Of a DNA stretch of 64,000 bases, positions 11,201 through 24,760 are shown one piece after another; within the stretch, counting starts at the first letter, position 1, and each line of letters opens with the position of its first letter. Origin of the DNA: the human T2T-CHM13v2.0 reference genome, Homo sapiens. The notes beneath the pieces were generated by a model. It searched no databases. It was not told where the DNA came from and saw only the letters and a program-made list of their open reading frames with translations. The translations under genes and the position numbers were made by a program. The stretch lies in NCBI RefSeq assembly GCF_009914755.1, contig NC_060932.1. One strand, 5' to 3'.

Positions 11201-12747
11201 TTAATTTTATATATTCTGGAGGTAATAGAGAAACATTAAAAGTAACATTTACTGTCTAGCTACTGTGTATTGGGTCCTAGGAAAAGATACGGTTAATAGC
11301 TTGAAAAATAATCCACCATCTAGCAGTTGAACTTGGTCAGATTCTGCAGAACTCTGTAGCTTCACACTGAATGAAAAGCTATAGAGGACCTTTGCAGTTC
11401 AATAACAGTGGGCAGCAATGTGGCAGCTGAAGATAAAACAGAAGTAAAAGATTATGAAGAAAAGCATTGTGAGGCCCGATTGTGGAAACAGCAAACTAAT
11501 ATATTGCCCAATTAAATATTTAAGAAATTGTGACTACACCTGATCCTTATAATGAGTCTTATTATTTAACAAGTATTATAAATAAATGGTTATAAGCTCT
11601 TTTTTTTTGTCTTGAAAAACTCTTCTGCAAACAGTTTCCAGATATTTTAAGTGATTATCATGGGTAATGCAAATGTGTTCTATTTCAATGTCTATACACA
11701 TTGACAGTGGATATGGTTCAGCAAAGTACTGGCAAAACTATGTTACAGAGCTTTGGAAATAAGCATCCTGTGCCAGTAAGATTTAGCAGTGTTGTTGTCG
11801 TTGTTGTTGTTTAAATTAAAAGTGGATGAGTAATCAGAAGACTTTTAGTGTAGCTGCTTTCTCCCCTCTGTACTTCTTACACACAAGCATGCACACACAC
11901 ATACACACACATGTGCACGCACACAGTACAGACACATAATCCTACTAGAAGCATATCAGCTTTTTTCCCTGAGCTTTTGTTTCCTCATCTGTGGACAATA
12001 GCATCGTGTTGAGCAAACAACCCCAGACTGAGCCTGGAATTCTGGGGTTTTTCCCGACCCTGCCTTAGACAAATTCCTTTTTTATCTCTGGGTTTCATCT
12101 GTAAGAAAAAAAACAGCTAGACCAGACGGATGATGTCTGTGACCTTTATCAGCTCTTATATTCTACATCAATGGGAAATAGCAACTGTGCCACCTTACGT
12201 GATAGGATTTTTTTCTGGACCAGTTGGTATTCCATATATGATAAGAATTTCTCTTAAGTATGATAAAGGCCTAGTTTAAAAGTTTTCATCTTTAGCCAAT
12301 GGTTGCTGAAGGCACAATGTGAGGAAAATCAGTTTTTGTATGTATATCTCTGCTTTTTAATAGCCTGCCTCCGTTCTGGTTGGTTGGTGCCTGTGCCAGG
12401 GCTGGCTGGCTGGCAATATTTTGACTATCTCTTCCATAGCCAAGCAATGACAGAGTCACTGAGACAATCTCCACTGTTGGTGAGAATTGCATTCATATGT
12501 AAAGTTTTCAAAATAGAGATTCTTGGTCCCAAACTCTCCAGGCATTGTTTTTAGGACTAGGTATTTGTACAAAGCTCTACAGTCAGCTATAAAGAACATG
12601 AGATATATGGAACCATTTCTTATGTTACATTGGCTCTTCTGTTGGTAGCACTTCATAATATAAAGACCAAGAAAGAGGGTTTGATTTCATGGCATTAGTT
12701 AGAATTTGTTTTACCATATTAATTCTGTCATTAATTGAAAATGATAC

Positions 12748-13111
12748 TGATAGGGTTTGGCTCAGTGTCCCCTCCCAAATCTCCTCTTGAATTGTAATCC
12801 CCACAGGTTGAGGGAGGGACCTGGTGGAAGGTGATTGGATCATGGAGACAGTTTCCCCAATGCTGTTCTTGTGATAGTGAGAGAGTTTTCATGAGAGCTG
12901 ATGGTTTAAAAGTGGCAGTTTCCCCTGACCTCCCTCTCTCCTGCCACCATGTAAGACGTGCCTTGCTTCCCTTTCACCTTCCGCCATGATTGCAAGTTTC
13001 CTGAGGCCCCCCCCCAGCCATGTGGAACTGTGAGTCAATTAAACCTCTTTTTTTATAAATTACCTAGTCTCAGGTAGTATCTTTATAATAGTGTAAAAAC
13101 AGACTAATACA
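12748..13111 (+). mobile_element. THE1/MST-type (ERVL-MaLR) solo LTR
   Basis: TG...CA ends ('tgatagggtttggctc...agactaataca'), internal 'tgtggaactgtgagtcaattaaacctc', and a perfect 5-bp TSD GATAC at 12743-12747 and 13112-13116. Confidence 0.92.
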
Positions 13112-13449
13112 GATACCCTCCAAAAATAAATATATTTTGAAGAGAATAATTACAGTATGTATTTATGTTAATTAATTCATTCTGGGTTTTTTCTTTCTTG
13201 AATTTCGGTCTGATATTTATCTACCTTGATACATGTATATTTGACCAAAAAGAAATCTTCTGTTTCTTACCACTACCTATCCTTTAAATTTTTTTGCAAT
13301 TTGTCTATGTTTATTATTTATGCCCAGGTTTTATCATCTGAAAGATTCCAGAGAAGCCCAGTGATCCTGAAGGGTACTGGCAGCCACAGTATCTGAAATG
13401 CTGTGTCTGAGGACCATCTTCCCCTGACATTGCAGAATACCTAGGACAG

Positions 13450-13620
13450 AGCAACTGTTTCCAGGCCTACTCTTATCACAGTCTCCTTGGGGACTTTTAA
13501 AAATCCAGGCCTTTGGACTTAATGATTCAGAGTTTCTGGGGCTGGACACCTGCTAGCTCCGTGCTTCAGTCACTCCCCAGGTGATTTTGCTGCTCAGTCA
13601 TATTGAGAAGCACTGACCTA
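13450..13620. mobile_element. MER5-like hAT-Charlie DNA transposon relic
   Basis: 'gattcagagtttctggggctgg...ccccaggtgattttgctgctcag...gagaagcactgacctag'. Confidence 0.55.
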
Positions 13621-14020
13621 GATTAAAATCACAAACTGTGCATGGTGTGAGGACACGGCTCATTTCAGTTCATCCATGTATCCCCAGGCATATTGCAGGC
13701 CTCAATACCTTTCGGACCGAACAACTGCAGCAAAATGTGACTAGGACTTTATTGTGGAATACTTTATTCCTACTATCTCTAATTCAAATAATACCATCAT
13801 TTTGATTTTGCTCTAAATTTTATTTGTTTTAAGAAATCCTACCAACTCACAATGATCACATCATTATCTAACTCCCATCAGGCTCCCATAAAGCATACAG
13901 TTGCAGCAATGAAAACACATTTTTCCAAAGAATGTAAGGGCTGTCTCCCCCTAAATATATTTACCACTTGCATGCTATTATGGAGATTCATTTCTTAGTC
14001 CAGAGAAGTTTGTCTTTTCA

Positions 14021-14289
<269 letters not shown>

Positions 14290-14739
14290 ATGAGTAGCAC
14301 TTATCACTAGCAGTCACTTCTATAAACTAGAATATTAGCATTTAACAAAGCACTTCCTTCCTAACAGCAAATATCTTCCACTGAGATCGTGTGGTTTTAA
14401 TCATACAAGGAGAGTGGCAGAAGAACAGAAAGATTGAAACCAAGGACAGAGAACACCTGAAATTGGTAAGGAAGAAAACAACCAAAGGTAGTATTTCACT
14501 AAGAAAAACATCTTAATTTTTCCTAGCCCTGGTCTTGGCTGTTACATAGTGGGATAGCTCGATGTGCATACAGCGTGGTTGGCAGTAGAAAGATCAATAG
14601 AGGAGTTTATAGGGTTTACGAAGACCTGGATTCTAATCCTGCCTCAGCTATTTATGAGGTATGTGTAAATTTTTAGTAAATTACTTAATGTCTCATAACC
14701 TCACTTTAACATTTATAAAATAGGGACAATAATACCTTC

Positions 14740-15107
14740 TGTATTAGTTTACTAAGGCTTCTGTAACAAGGTACCACCAACTGGGTGGCTTAAACAACAG
14801 AAACTTACCTCTTCACAGTTCTGGAGGGGGAAAGTCTGAGATCAAGCTGTCAACTGGGTTGGTTTCTTCTTGGCCATCTTCTCCCTGTGTCTTACATGGT
14901 CTTCCCTCTGTGTGTGTCCATATCCTAATCTCCTCTTCTTATAAGGACATTAGTTATATTGAATTAGGGCCCACTTTAAATACTTTAGTCTAACTTACCA
15001 ACCTCTTTCAAGGCCCTGTCTCTAAATGCAGTTGCATTCTGAAGTACTGGGGATTAAGACCGCAACACGTAAATTTTGGTTGGGGAAACAGAGTTCAGCT
15101 CATAACA
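14740..15107 (-). mobile_element. MLT1A/B-type MaLR solo LTR (next to a MIR at ~14570-14738)
   Basis: Starts 'tgtattagtttactaaggcttctgtaacaaggtaccaccaactgggtggcttaaacaacagaaa' and ends 'gttcagctcataaca'. Confidence 0.85.
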
Positions 15108-16592
15108 TCTTTGTATTTCTTTCTCTTGCTTGTTGTAAGCATAACATAAGGCAACATATGTGAAAACACCCACAAGTTAAGTATGATATCTGTGAAGGTA
15201 AGGTCCTTGGGGACCAGGACAACACTTTGCTCATGGTTGAATTCTACAAAGCTTCTTGCACAGGCTCTGCCGTGGGGTGGGTTCCTCATAAGTGTTTTCT
15301 GAACATGAACACACAAATATCCCTTAAAAATGAGGTATTTGTTTATTAACCTCTGAAGTCAACATCTGTACCCTTTTTGTCTCTTAAGCATCTCCAAGGA
15401 GGGCTAAGTCAACAGTGTTCCATTAGCATTAAATAGCTGAACCTGGGGATGAACCACAGTTCATGCTGAAAGAGCCATGTCGAAATGGCATTGTGCAATG
15501 GTGCATTTCTGCCACTAAAAACTGTTTGCTTTTCATTATACAGGAATGGCTTCAAATGTTCAGTGGAAGTGAACAAGTTCTTGTATTGTTTTCTCCTATT
15601 CTCCTTCCAGCTTCAGGGTCATATGTCACAGCGCTGGGCATTTCATTTGGGTGAGTGAAAGGAGGGAAGGGAGCAACGCTGGGAAGGTTTAAAATCTCCA
15701 AGTGATATACGAGGAAAAAGGCTGTGCTCATCACAAAAGTAATTCTATCTATCTTACCTTATATAGTAAGAATTTCAGCATGAATAGAATGAGTTTAGAG
15801 GGCTTCATAATCTGTGCTCAAGAAGTGTGGGAATCTTGGTGGAATAGAGCCCTGCACGATGTTGTTGGAGATCAAATGCCATTGGCTACTATCTAATTTC
15901 AATTTGAGAAGAAAATTACTAAATGTATATCATATCAACTCTGAAGACCCTATTACTTTGACACAGAAAAATAACTTCATAAAATCAATTGACTAAAATA
16001 AATTAGCCAAGCAAGGGTGGGATACCTTGTGGCCAAAGTAACAATCTGAATATCTGGTTTTTAACTTTTCATTGTTAATGATCACATGATCGCGCTGAGT
16101 AGACATAAGCCAGTGTTGTCATTTCATTCTACATATATTTGGAAGATGAAGATACCTACATCCTCACCTTGTTTACAGGATCATAGAGGCCTGGGATTCT
16201 TCAATGATTATCTAGCCTGGCATGTGGACTCTCTGTCATCCTTGAGGGACGTCAAGACCAGGATTCTGTATATATTGGATAGATTTCATATGTATTTCAG
16301 TTACTATTCCTTTATACCTTTAAAAAAATTTAAATTGATATAAGAAAGTGATTAAATTTTTCTCTTTCAATTTTAGGGGCTCATTTTTGCTGTTAGAGAG
16401 GTTTGTAAAAATTCAACACAAATAAGACAGAGCTGGTTACTTGGGCAGGACAAGTGCATGCCAGAGGCATAACCACTTAAAACTCTGCTCTTCAGCTAAG
16501 AAACACCAGAAATTCAATACTCTAGGCACCATGGTTGAGAGATGGGAAGACTTACTTATGCCAACTAAACTCTCAGCCTGCAATATGAACAA

Positions 16593-16916
<324 letters not shown>

Positions 16917-17094
16917 CAGATAATGTAGGACCATTAATTTATTCATCCATGGGAAAAATTTAAGTGCCAAGGAGGAGGAAAAATTATAAGTGAAAGCAAA
17001 GCAAGATCAAGAGTCTTGAAGGCAATTTCTCCCTGGTTTTGGCAAGGTTTGAAGGATTAGCTTCACAGCAGAGACCTCTTAGCTACTGACCACT

Positions 17095-17390
17095 ACAACA
17101 TTTACCTTTTGCTGCATAACAAGCTGCCCCAGTGCTTAGCAACTTAAAATGACAAGCATTCAATTTAACTCATGATTCTGTGGGTCAGCTTGGGTTCTTC
17201 TGGCCTGGGCCAACTCAGCTCTTGTCTGCTGAGCTCTCTCAGGCATCCGTGGTCAGTTGGTAGCTGGGTGATATAGGATGACTTCACTCACCTGTCCGAT
17301 TGGCAGGTCGTTGGCCACGGCATCTTGACTCTCTTCCACCATTTTTTGCAATCTGCCATATTAGCACTTAGGGGCTTTCATCATAACAGT
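17095..17390 (-). mobile_element. Old MLT1 (F-J type) LTR fragment
   Basis: 'tttgctgcataacaagctgccccagtgcttagcaacttaaaatgacaagcatt...ctcatgattctgtgggtcag'. Confidence 0.55.
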
Positions 17391-17570
17391 GCTGGATAAG
17401 TATTTGTCAAATTCTATCTTTCTCTTTGCTCTGTTTGTAGACACCATGCTCACCATCTTCTTTCTTTGTGACATTATCTTTTCTGGAAGAGGGTGCACTA
17501 TAAATGACCACATTTTACCTTATTCATCAGAGTCACCCTCCAGGCCTTCTTCCCTGAACCGAGATTCAGA

Positions 17571-17702
17571 TTAGTTCATGAAACTCAGTCACTCATTTAG
17601 AAATATATTTTTATTGACTCCCATGGCTAACAAATTTGATTCACCAAACTCAGTCACTCATTCAGAAATACTGTTTACTCACTCCCATCACTAACTAATT
17701 TT
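17571..17702. repeat. Degenerate ~65-bp tandem duplication
   Basis: 'aaactcagtcactcatt(t/c)agaaata' at 17581 and 17646, with continued similarity through 'actcccat..ctaac.aattt'. Confidence 0.8.
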
Positions 17703-19019
17703 TTCTATAATGTGTGAATGTTACCAATGTAATATTCAGAGGATATTCACTGTGGTTTTTCTGTAATTTCTTGATGGTGCAGAGATGGCAGAGACATCTC
17801 TCTTATCCTCAGGTACCCATGGCAGTGCCAAAGCAGTTGAAGGGCATGAGCAGATTTCTGAAAAATCATAACTGCCGTAAACCACCCTTTCTTAGTGCCA
17901 GCTTCCTTATGAAATATATAGATGCATACCACTGAATATCTGAGCTTGTTCCTCTCGTTAACCTCACTTTGTGGAAAGGTTTTTAAATCAACTGCTAAAA
18001 ATGCCTGTTCTTTTCTCTGGACAGTGGACATGGAGAGACATGAGCTGAGGGAGACAGACTGACTCAGGGAAAAGAATTAATGGAAGCACATGGCTCCCGC
18101 GGGCAGGAAATGCTTTGATAGACCTTTTCCTCTTTTTGTTACCAGGAGGACCTTGACAATAGACTCCACCTTGGAGCAGCTGCTCTGTCCCCCGTAGGAT
18201 GATCACAGCACATTTTCCTTGTCAGACTTGGAGTCTGCACCAGGGAGTGCTCAGGAAGGGACCAGTACAATGTTGGGGATCTGCCCTTGAGCCTCCAAGC
18301 TGTGCGATGGGTGGAGACGTCACCCCAATACACTCACAAATCCTTTTGGCACACGCTTCAGGAAGACCATCTGCTTTCGTTGTTCCTCTGACCTTTTGTT
18401 AGCACCCACCCTAAATTGGAAATAAATTGCCAGAAGAAATCTGAAGCCTAAAGCAGTTTTAGACCCTGTTGTCAAAGCAAGTCAAATTAGTAAGTGTTGG
18501 TTTAGCACCTAACATGTATCCCAAATTGTGCTAGATGTTGGCAGTGGAAGGAATATTTTTTCAATGTCTAAATAGCTTCAGGACTATATAGGATCTTGAA
18601 TAATTTAATTTAATCTTTTCAAAATTTCTACAAGGCAAGTATTACTATATGCATCTGATAGATCAGGAAACTGAAGCTCTGGAGGTTCACCAACTTTTCT
18701 GGTGCCAGTCTAACTTCGTAAGATAGGAGAGTATAAAGTCAGACTTCTATCTCGATTTCATATATGATTTTATGTCAGCTCTGATGTATTCTCAAGTCTG
18801 ACGCTTAACTGCTTTTTTTCCCGTAGTCTTATATACCATGTCTAATAGGCTCTATGAAACATTGGCAAAGAAGAGACCTGGTTCTAGCCCCATTCTGATA
18901 GGTGACATGGGATAAGGCACTGAAAATTCTGGGTTTCATCTTCTTCTGGAACATAAGAGCCTAAATGAGATGACAGACCTTCTAATTCCTAAATTTATAA
19001 CTATGTTACAAAATGTGGT

Positions 19020-19713
19020 ATGGGCTCCACATTCATTAAGATGGCAAGTAAAAAAAATGGAAAAGAAGTATTGAAGAGAAGGTGGAGAAATTAGATCCAT
19101 TGTGCACTGCTGGCAAGATTGTAAAATGGCACACCCATTGTGGAAAATAGTTCAGCAGCTCCTCAAAACATGAAGCGTAGAATTGTCACAGAAATCCTGT
19201 AATTCCACTTCTGGTAATATATAAAAAAAAATGAAATTAGGAACATGAGTAGATACACCTGTGTTCATAGCAGCATTATTTACAATAGTCTAAATGTGAG
19301 AACAACACCCATGTTCATCAACACATGAATGGATAAACAAAAAATGGTATATACATACAATGGAATATGATCCATCCTTAAAAAGGAAGAGAATTCTAAC
19401 ACAAACTACAACATGGGTCAACCTTGAAGACATTATTGCAAAGTGAAATAAGTCAATCATAAAAGAACAAATACTGTATGATTCCACTTATATGAGATAC
19501 CTAGAGTAGCCAAATTCATAGAGGCTGGGCTCAGGAGAGGAGAAATTAGGGGTTAATGTTTAGTGGGTGCAGCATTTCAGTTTGGGAAAAGAAAAGAGCT
19601 CTGGAGTTAGATGATAGTTTCTCAGCATTTAAATGTACTTTATGCCCCTAAACTATTTACCTAAATGTAGTTGAAGTGGTAAATAAAGCTATAATTTAAA
19701 AAAGGAAGTTAAA
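19020..19713 (+). mobile_element. 5'-truncated L1M (L1MB-like) 3' end
   Basis: L1 ORF2-end/3' UTR text ('gtgttcatagcagcattatttacaatag', 'caaatactgtatgattccacttatatgagatacctagagtagccaaattcatagag'). Candidate TSD aaaatgtggt at 19010-19019 and 19714-19723. Confidence 0.85.
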
Positions 19714-20688
19714 AAAATGTGGTTTGAATTTCAGTAACAAAACACAATAATTCAAAAAAGAATTCACTTTTTTTTTAGAAATGTTCACATCATTCAATTT
19801 CCAAATTATTTAGTGACCTTTAAAATATTGCAGATTTACAGGCTTACAGGAGGACTAAGATTACACTCATCTGCATTATAAGCCACAGTGAAAAGGATGA
19901 GAAGTTATCCTGGCAAAAGATGGAGAAAGGAGCATTTTAAAGAGGGGAACTAGTTTAAAACAAGATTCTATTTTGGAAAAAGCATAACATGTTCGATAAA
20001 ATTAGAGCAATTTTCTGGAGCAATGTTGCTTAAACTCAGAGAGCAGGAGAAAGAATAGCATGAGCTGGAAATGGAGATAGGCAGGGCCAAAGCACTTGAG
20101 GCTGGGTTAGAGTTTACATTGTGTTATAGGTAATGCTAATAGAGCCATTGTAGACTTTCAAGCTAGAGAATATCAATATTTTTATTCGTGCTTTTAAAAG
20201 GTCAAGCTGGCAGCATTTTGGGGAAGAACCAGAGGGTAGAGAGCATAACATGCTTTAGGCAGCTACTGTAGTTGTCTAGATTAGAGCATATGAAGAAGAG
20301 ATGGAAAGTAGTTGAGTGTCAGAGGTAATTAGGGAGAAAGCATCACCAGAATTTGAAGATGCATTGGCTTCATCCTCTGCATTATGATTTCCCAATTAAT
20401 CATTTCCCCCCGGGGTCATAGTCACCTTCACTGGGCATCTTCCACTAGAGTGCTGCAATAGCTGAAGGAGTTCACTGCCTTCTGCTCTTACCCTTCAGTG
20501 GGTCTTTTATATTACAGCTAGATTTAGCTTTCTAAAATGCCACTCTACACACATAACTTCCCTGCTCAGCACTTTCAAAGTCTACCCATTGCCTACAGTA
20601 TTAAGTCCAGCTTCCTTAGCTGGGCATTCAAGGCCCATTGTAACCTGGTCTCTCTAAATCTACCTAGCACATTGCTTTAACATGGACT

Positions 20689-21003
20689 GGCCAGCCACAG
20701 TGGCTCATGCCTGTAATCCCAGCACTTTCCCAAACTACCTCCCAGGCCGAGGTAGGTGGGTCACCTGAGCCCAGGAGTTCAAGGCCAGCATGGGCAACGT
20801 GGCAAAACCCTGTCTCTACAAAAATACAAAAATTAGCTGGGTGTGGTGGTGTGCACCTGTAGTCCCAGCTACTCGGGAGGCTAAGGTGGGAGGATCAAGA
20901 TCGCTTGAGCCCGGGAGGTTGAGGCTGGAGTGAGCATGATTACGCCCTCACTGCAAAAGAGCAAGACCCTGTCGCAAAAGCACAAATTAAATAAATAAAT
21001 AAA
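20689..21003 (+). mobile_element. AluJ with a rearranged left arm
   Basis: Alu dimer with (TAAA)n tail and TSD core tggact. Anomalous insert at 20728-20744. Confidence 0.9.
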
Positions 21004-21345
21004 TGTGGACTCAGTTAATAAAAAAAAAAGTTTCTTCAGCATCTATCAGAGGCCAGATTAACTAACTTGTTACAAAGCATTCCTGCTGCTTCATTTTCTT
21101 TTTCTGTCTTATTTATATTTGATTTTTAGAAATATATAGAATATACCATACATATAAAGGAGAAATATAAAATGCAGGTGCAGGTTAAAGACTACTGTAA
21201 AAAACACTACCTAGCTTAAGACTAGACGCTTTTTAATATATTTGAAGATCTGTGTGCTCTGATCCCTCTTCCCACACTCCCCTAAACATTATCTTGGATT
21301 TTATATTTATTCCCATTCTATCTTCCTGGAATGCCCTTGCCCTTC

Positions 21346-21655
<310 letters not shown>

Positions 21656-22536
21656 CCGTTGCCCTTCTTGTTGCTTTAATACCATTCTTCCTCTGACCTG
21701 GCCCAGAATTTAGAAAGATTTTTCTGAAGATTTTAGTTCTTACTAAGTACAGCTAGTGTTGTCTCCATCACCCATGGGCACTGGCATCTTCTGTCATTAA
21801 TGCTAGTAATCTTTTTATGTGTCAGTGGAAGCAGAAATCTCATTTTCTATTGAGAAGGTGCTTGGTATGCAGAGCTTGCTGCTGCTGATGGGATCAATAC
21901 TCATGTGCTTTATTCAGAGTGGTCAGATGGTCTGAGGGACCAGGGTGCTGAGAGGTGGTGGCAGGGAGACATTCTCAGGAACCAGACGGGGAAGGTAGAA
22001 AGTGCCTGGCATGCCATGAATAGTTGTTGAACTAGTGAATTAATGAATGATTGACAACTCTTTCTGGTCTACAATACTGAACTATAAGCAACGTGAGGAT
22101 GGGCTACTGTGTGACTCAGTGATTCATAGTCACAACTCAGTTCAGTTGAGTTATTTCTTGAGTACCAGGTTCAAGAGATGCAACGACAAATAGGTCTGTT
22201 TTAAAATATCAGCAGTGGGGTCAGGGGAAAGTGGGAGGAGGGAGGAAGGCAGACACATAGATCAATCATTGTAACAGGGCAGCAAGCACAACCAAAGAAA
22301 AATACGATCATCAATCAGAGGAGGAAGCGGTTAATGTTTCCAGGAGAAAGTATTGATTGCCTAGAGTTTACTCCCACCCAGTCTGAAGAATCCTACTTGG
22401 ATTCCACTGCAGCATTTTCTCCCTCTGATTCTCCAGCCTCCTCCTTGCACCCTGCCTGGGATTCTGTGCTCCAACCACATTGGCCCAGGTTACCATCTTC
22501 CAACAGGCCCCGACTTTTCATCCTCTGTGTTCTACC

Positions 22537-22708
22537 CAGTGCGTCTCAAATTTTAAAGCATCTACAAACCACCTGGGGATCTTGCTAAAATGCAAATTCT
22601 GACTTGGTCTGGGAAGTGTGCCCTGAGGCCTGAGGTTCTGCATTTCCAACAAGCTCCCAGGTGATGCCAAAGCTGCTGCTCTGCAAACCAAAGCTTAGAA
22701 CTGCAAGG
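22537..22708. mobile_element. MER5A DNA transposon relic
   Basis: 'cacctggggatcttgctaaaatgcaaattctg...ttctgcatttccaacaagctcccaggtgatgcc' is typical of MER5A. Confidence 0.8.
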
Positions 22709-23017
22709 CTACTCTCTCCGCCATGAAATACTGTTCTCTTCCCACACTCTTACTCAAATCCTCTACATTTCTATGAGCTAAGTCAAATGTCTTCCCTGTG
22801 ATGACATCTCCTCAGTTTCAGGATGGGGCATCAGTGCCGTTTTTCTCTCCACTGCCTGGCAAATCTTTCTCTCCAAGTCTTTTTCCTCAATGAACTGAAG
22901 GCTCCTTGAGGGAAGGACTTGGTCACGTTCATCCAAACCCCTGGATGGTGTCTGTTATAGAGTTGGGCCTTAAATACTTGCTCCATTGAATTTGAATTGA
23001 ACTTAAAATATTATGGC

Positions 23018-23318
<301 letters not shown>

Positions 23319-23363
<45 letters not shown>
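23319..23363. repeat. (AT)n microsatellite at the Alu tail
   Basis: ~22 pure AT units followed by TA-rich low complexity to ~23490. Confidence 0.95.
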
Positions 23364-23364
<1 letters not shown>

Positions 23365-24544
23365 CATATGGATTAAATGTGTATTTGTGTGGTTATATAA
23401 GTGTGTTTGTGCATGTGTCCTATTCAATGTACTATGTACTATACAATATACTATACATATAATGTATATATACAATGTACTATATAATGACTAGATCAGA
23501 ATACATAGACAAACCAGGTCATTTTAGCATTGTGTCACCAAGAATTATAATAAAATATAAATTAACATAGATGATAATGATCAGGGTGGCAGAAATTACC
23601 TCCAATATAAATTTGATGAAGGCAAAACACTTTTTTTCTAGTAGGTCACTGGGTCCCCCTGAGTCTAGGCCCGTGTCATGTATGTTGTAATAATAAGTAA
23701 ATATTTGTGGAATTCTAAATGAATAAAGGGAGAAGGTACTGAACTTTAGTTCTATGAATAAACACAATTGTAACCCCTGGAAAAGGAAGTGGTTAAAGCT
23801 ATGTTAAGATCTAAGACAAAAACAGAGATAAACAATAATAAAGACAAGCCAAAAAAAATCTGAAAATCTTCCCCTATAGTGAATGCACATTACATTTTTT
23901 TTCACTAAGAATATCTTCTTACATGGCAGCAAAACTAAATTGAAGACATTTTTCCATGTGAATTGTTTTTTCCTAAAATATCAAATTGTTGTAGATCAAC
24001 AAAAACTTTGTTTTTCTTACTATTGAATATCAAAAAAGACCCAGTTAATTGCAAACATAAACGCTTTTTCCTTGCCTCTCCTTCAGTTTTGCTGATGAGG
24101 GAGATTTTGCAGCTTTACTTGGTACCAAAATAGCTCTGTTTTGCAGACCATTATCATCTTCAAAGGGCGGGGCAATTATAATGAACTAGAACACAGGAAG
24201 TTTACCATTTCTCAGTATTAAAATAGAATTCCTTATTACACAGATGCTTCTCCCAAAAAGGAAAAGCAACTAGAATTTTTACTTTCTTCAATCTGTTGAT
24301 ATTACTGTGCTGTATTAATATAGTAAGGCATTCGTGTCATTAATACTTGGGAAATGCTGCTTCATTCTCTATTTTTATTTGAATGATGTTTCAAAAAATA
24401 ATTCAAAAACGTTTATTGCCTAAGAAACATTTTAGTCAGCACTGCTTAGCTGAAGCCAGCACTAAAAACACAACCTTTTTAGAACTCCACTTTTTTTATG
24501 TAAAGCATTAAGTGGTAACCTAGTAGCAGGATTTGGAATCAAGA

Positions 24545-24760
24545 ATAACATTTGCCGAGTGGCTACTGTAAGACTGATTCAGTATAAACACAATCTCACT
24601 TGATTCTCATAATAATCTTTGCAGGTATCTATCATCATTCCCATTCTGCAATGAGGAAATGCTGTCAGAGTGATTAAGTAATTTGCCCATGGTCTCACAT
24701 AGTAAGTACTGCAGGTGAAACTCTGACTTCTCTTCTCGTTGCCAAAGCCTACAAACATCC
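24545..24760 (-). mobile_element. MIR SINE fragment
   Basis: 'cattcccattctgcaatgaggaaatgctgtcagagtgattaagtaatttgcccatggtctcacatagtaag'. Confidence 0.65.

Noticed and set aside
17700-18400. GC-richer unique stretch with acceptor-like pyrimidine tracts, a possible lncRNA exon
   Set aside because: Splice-like motifs alone are too common, and no exon structure can be supported without transcript data.
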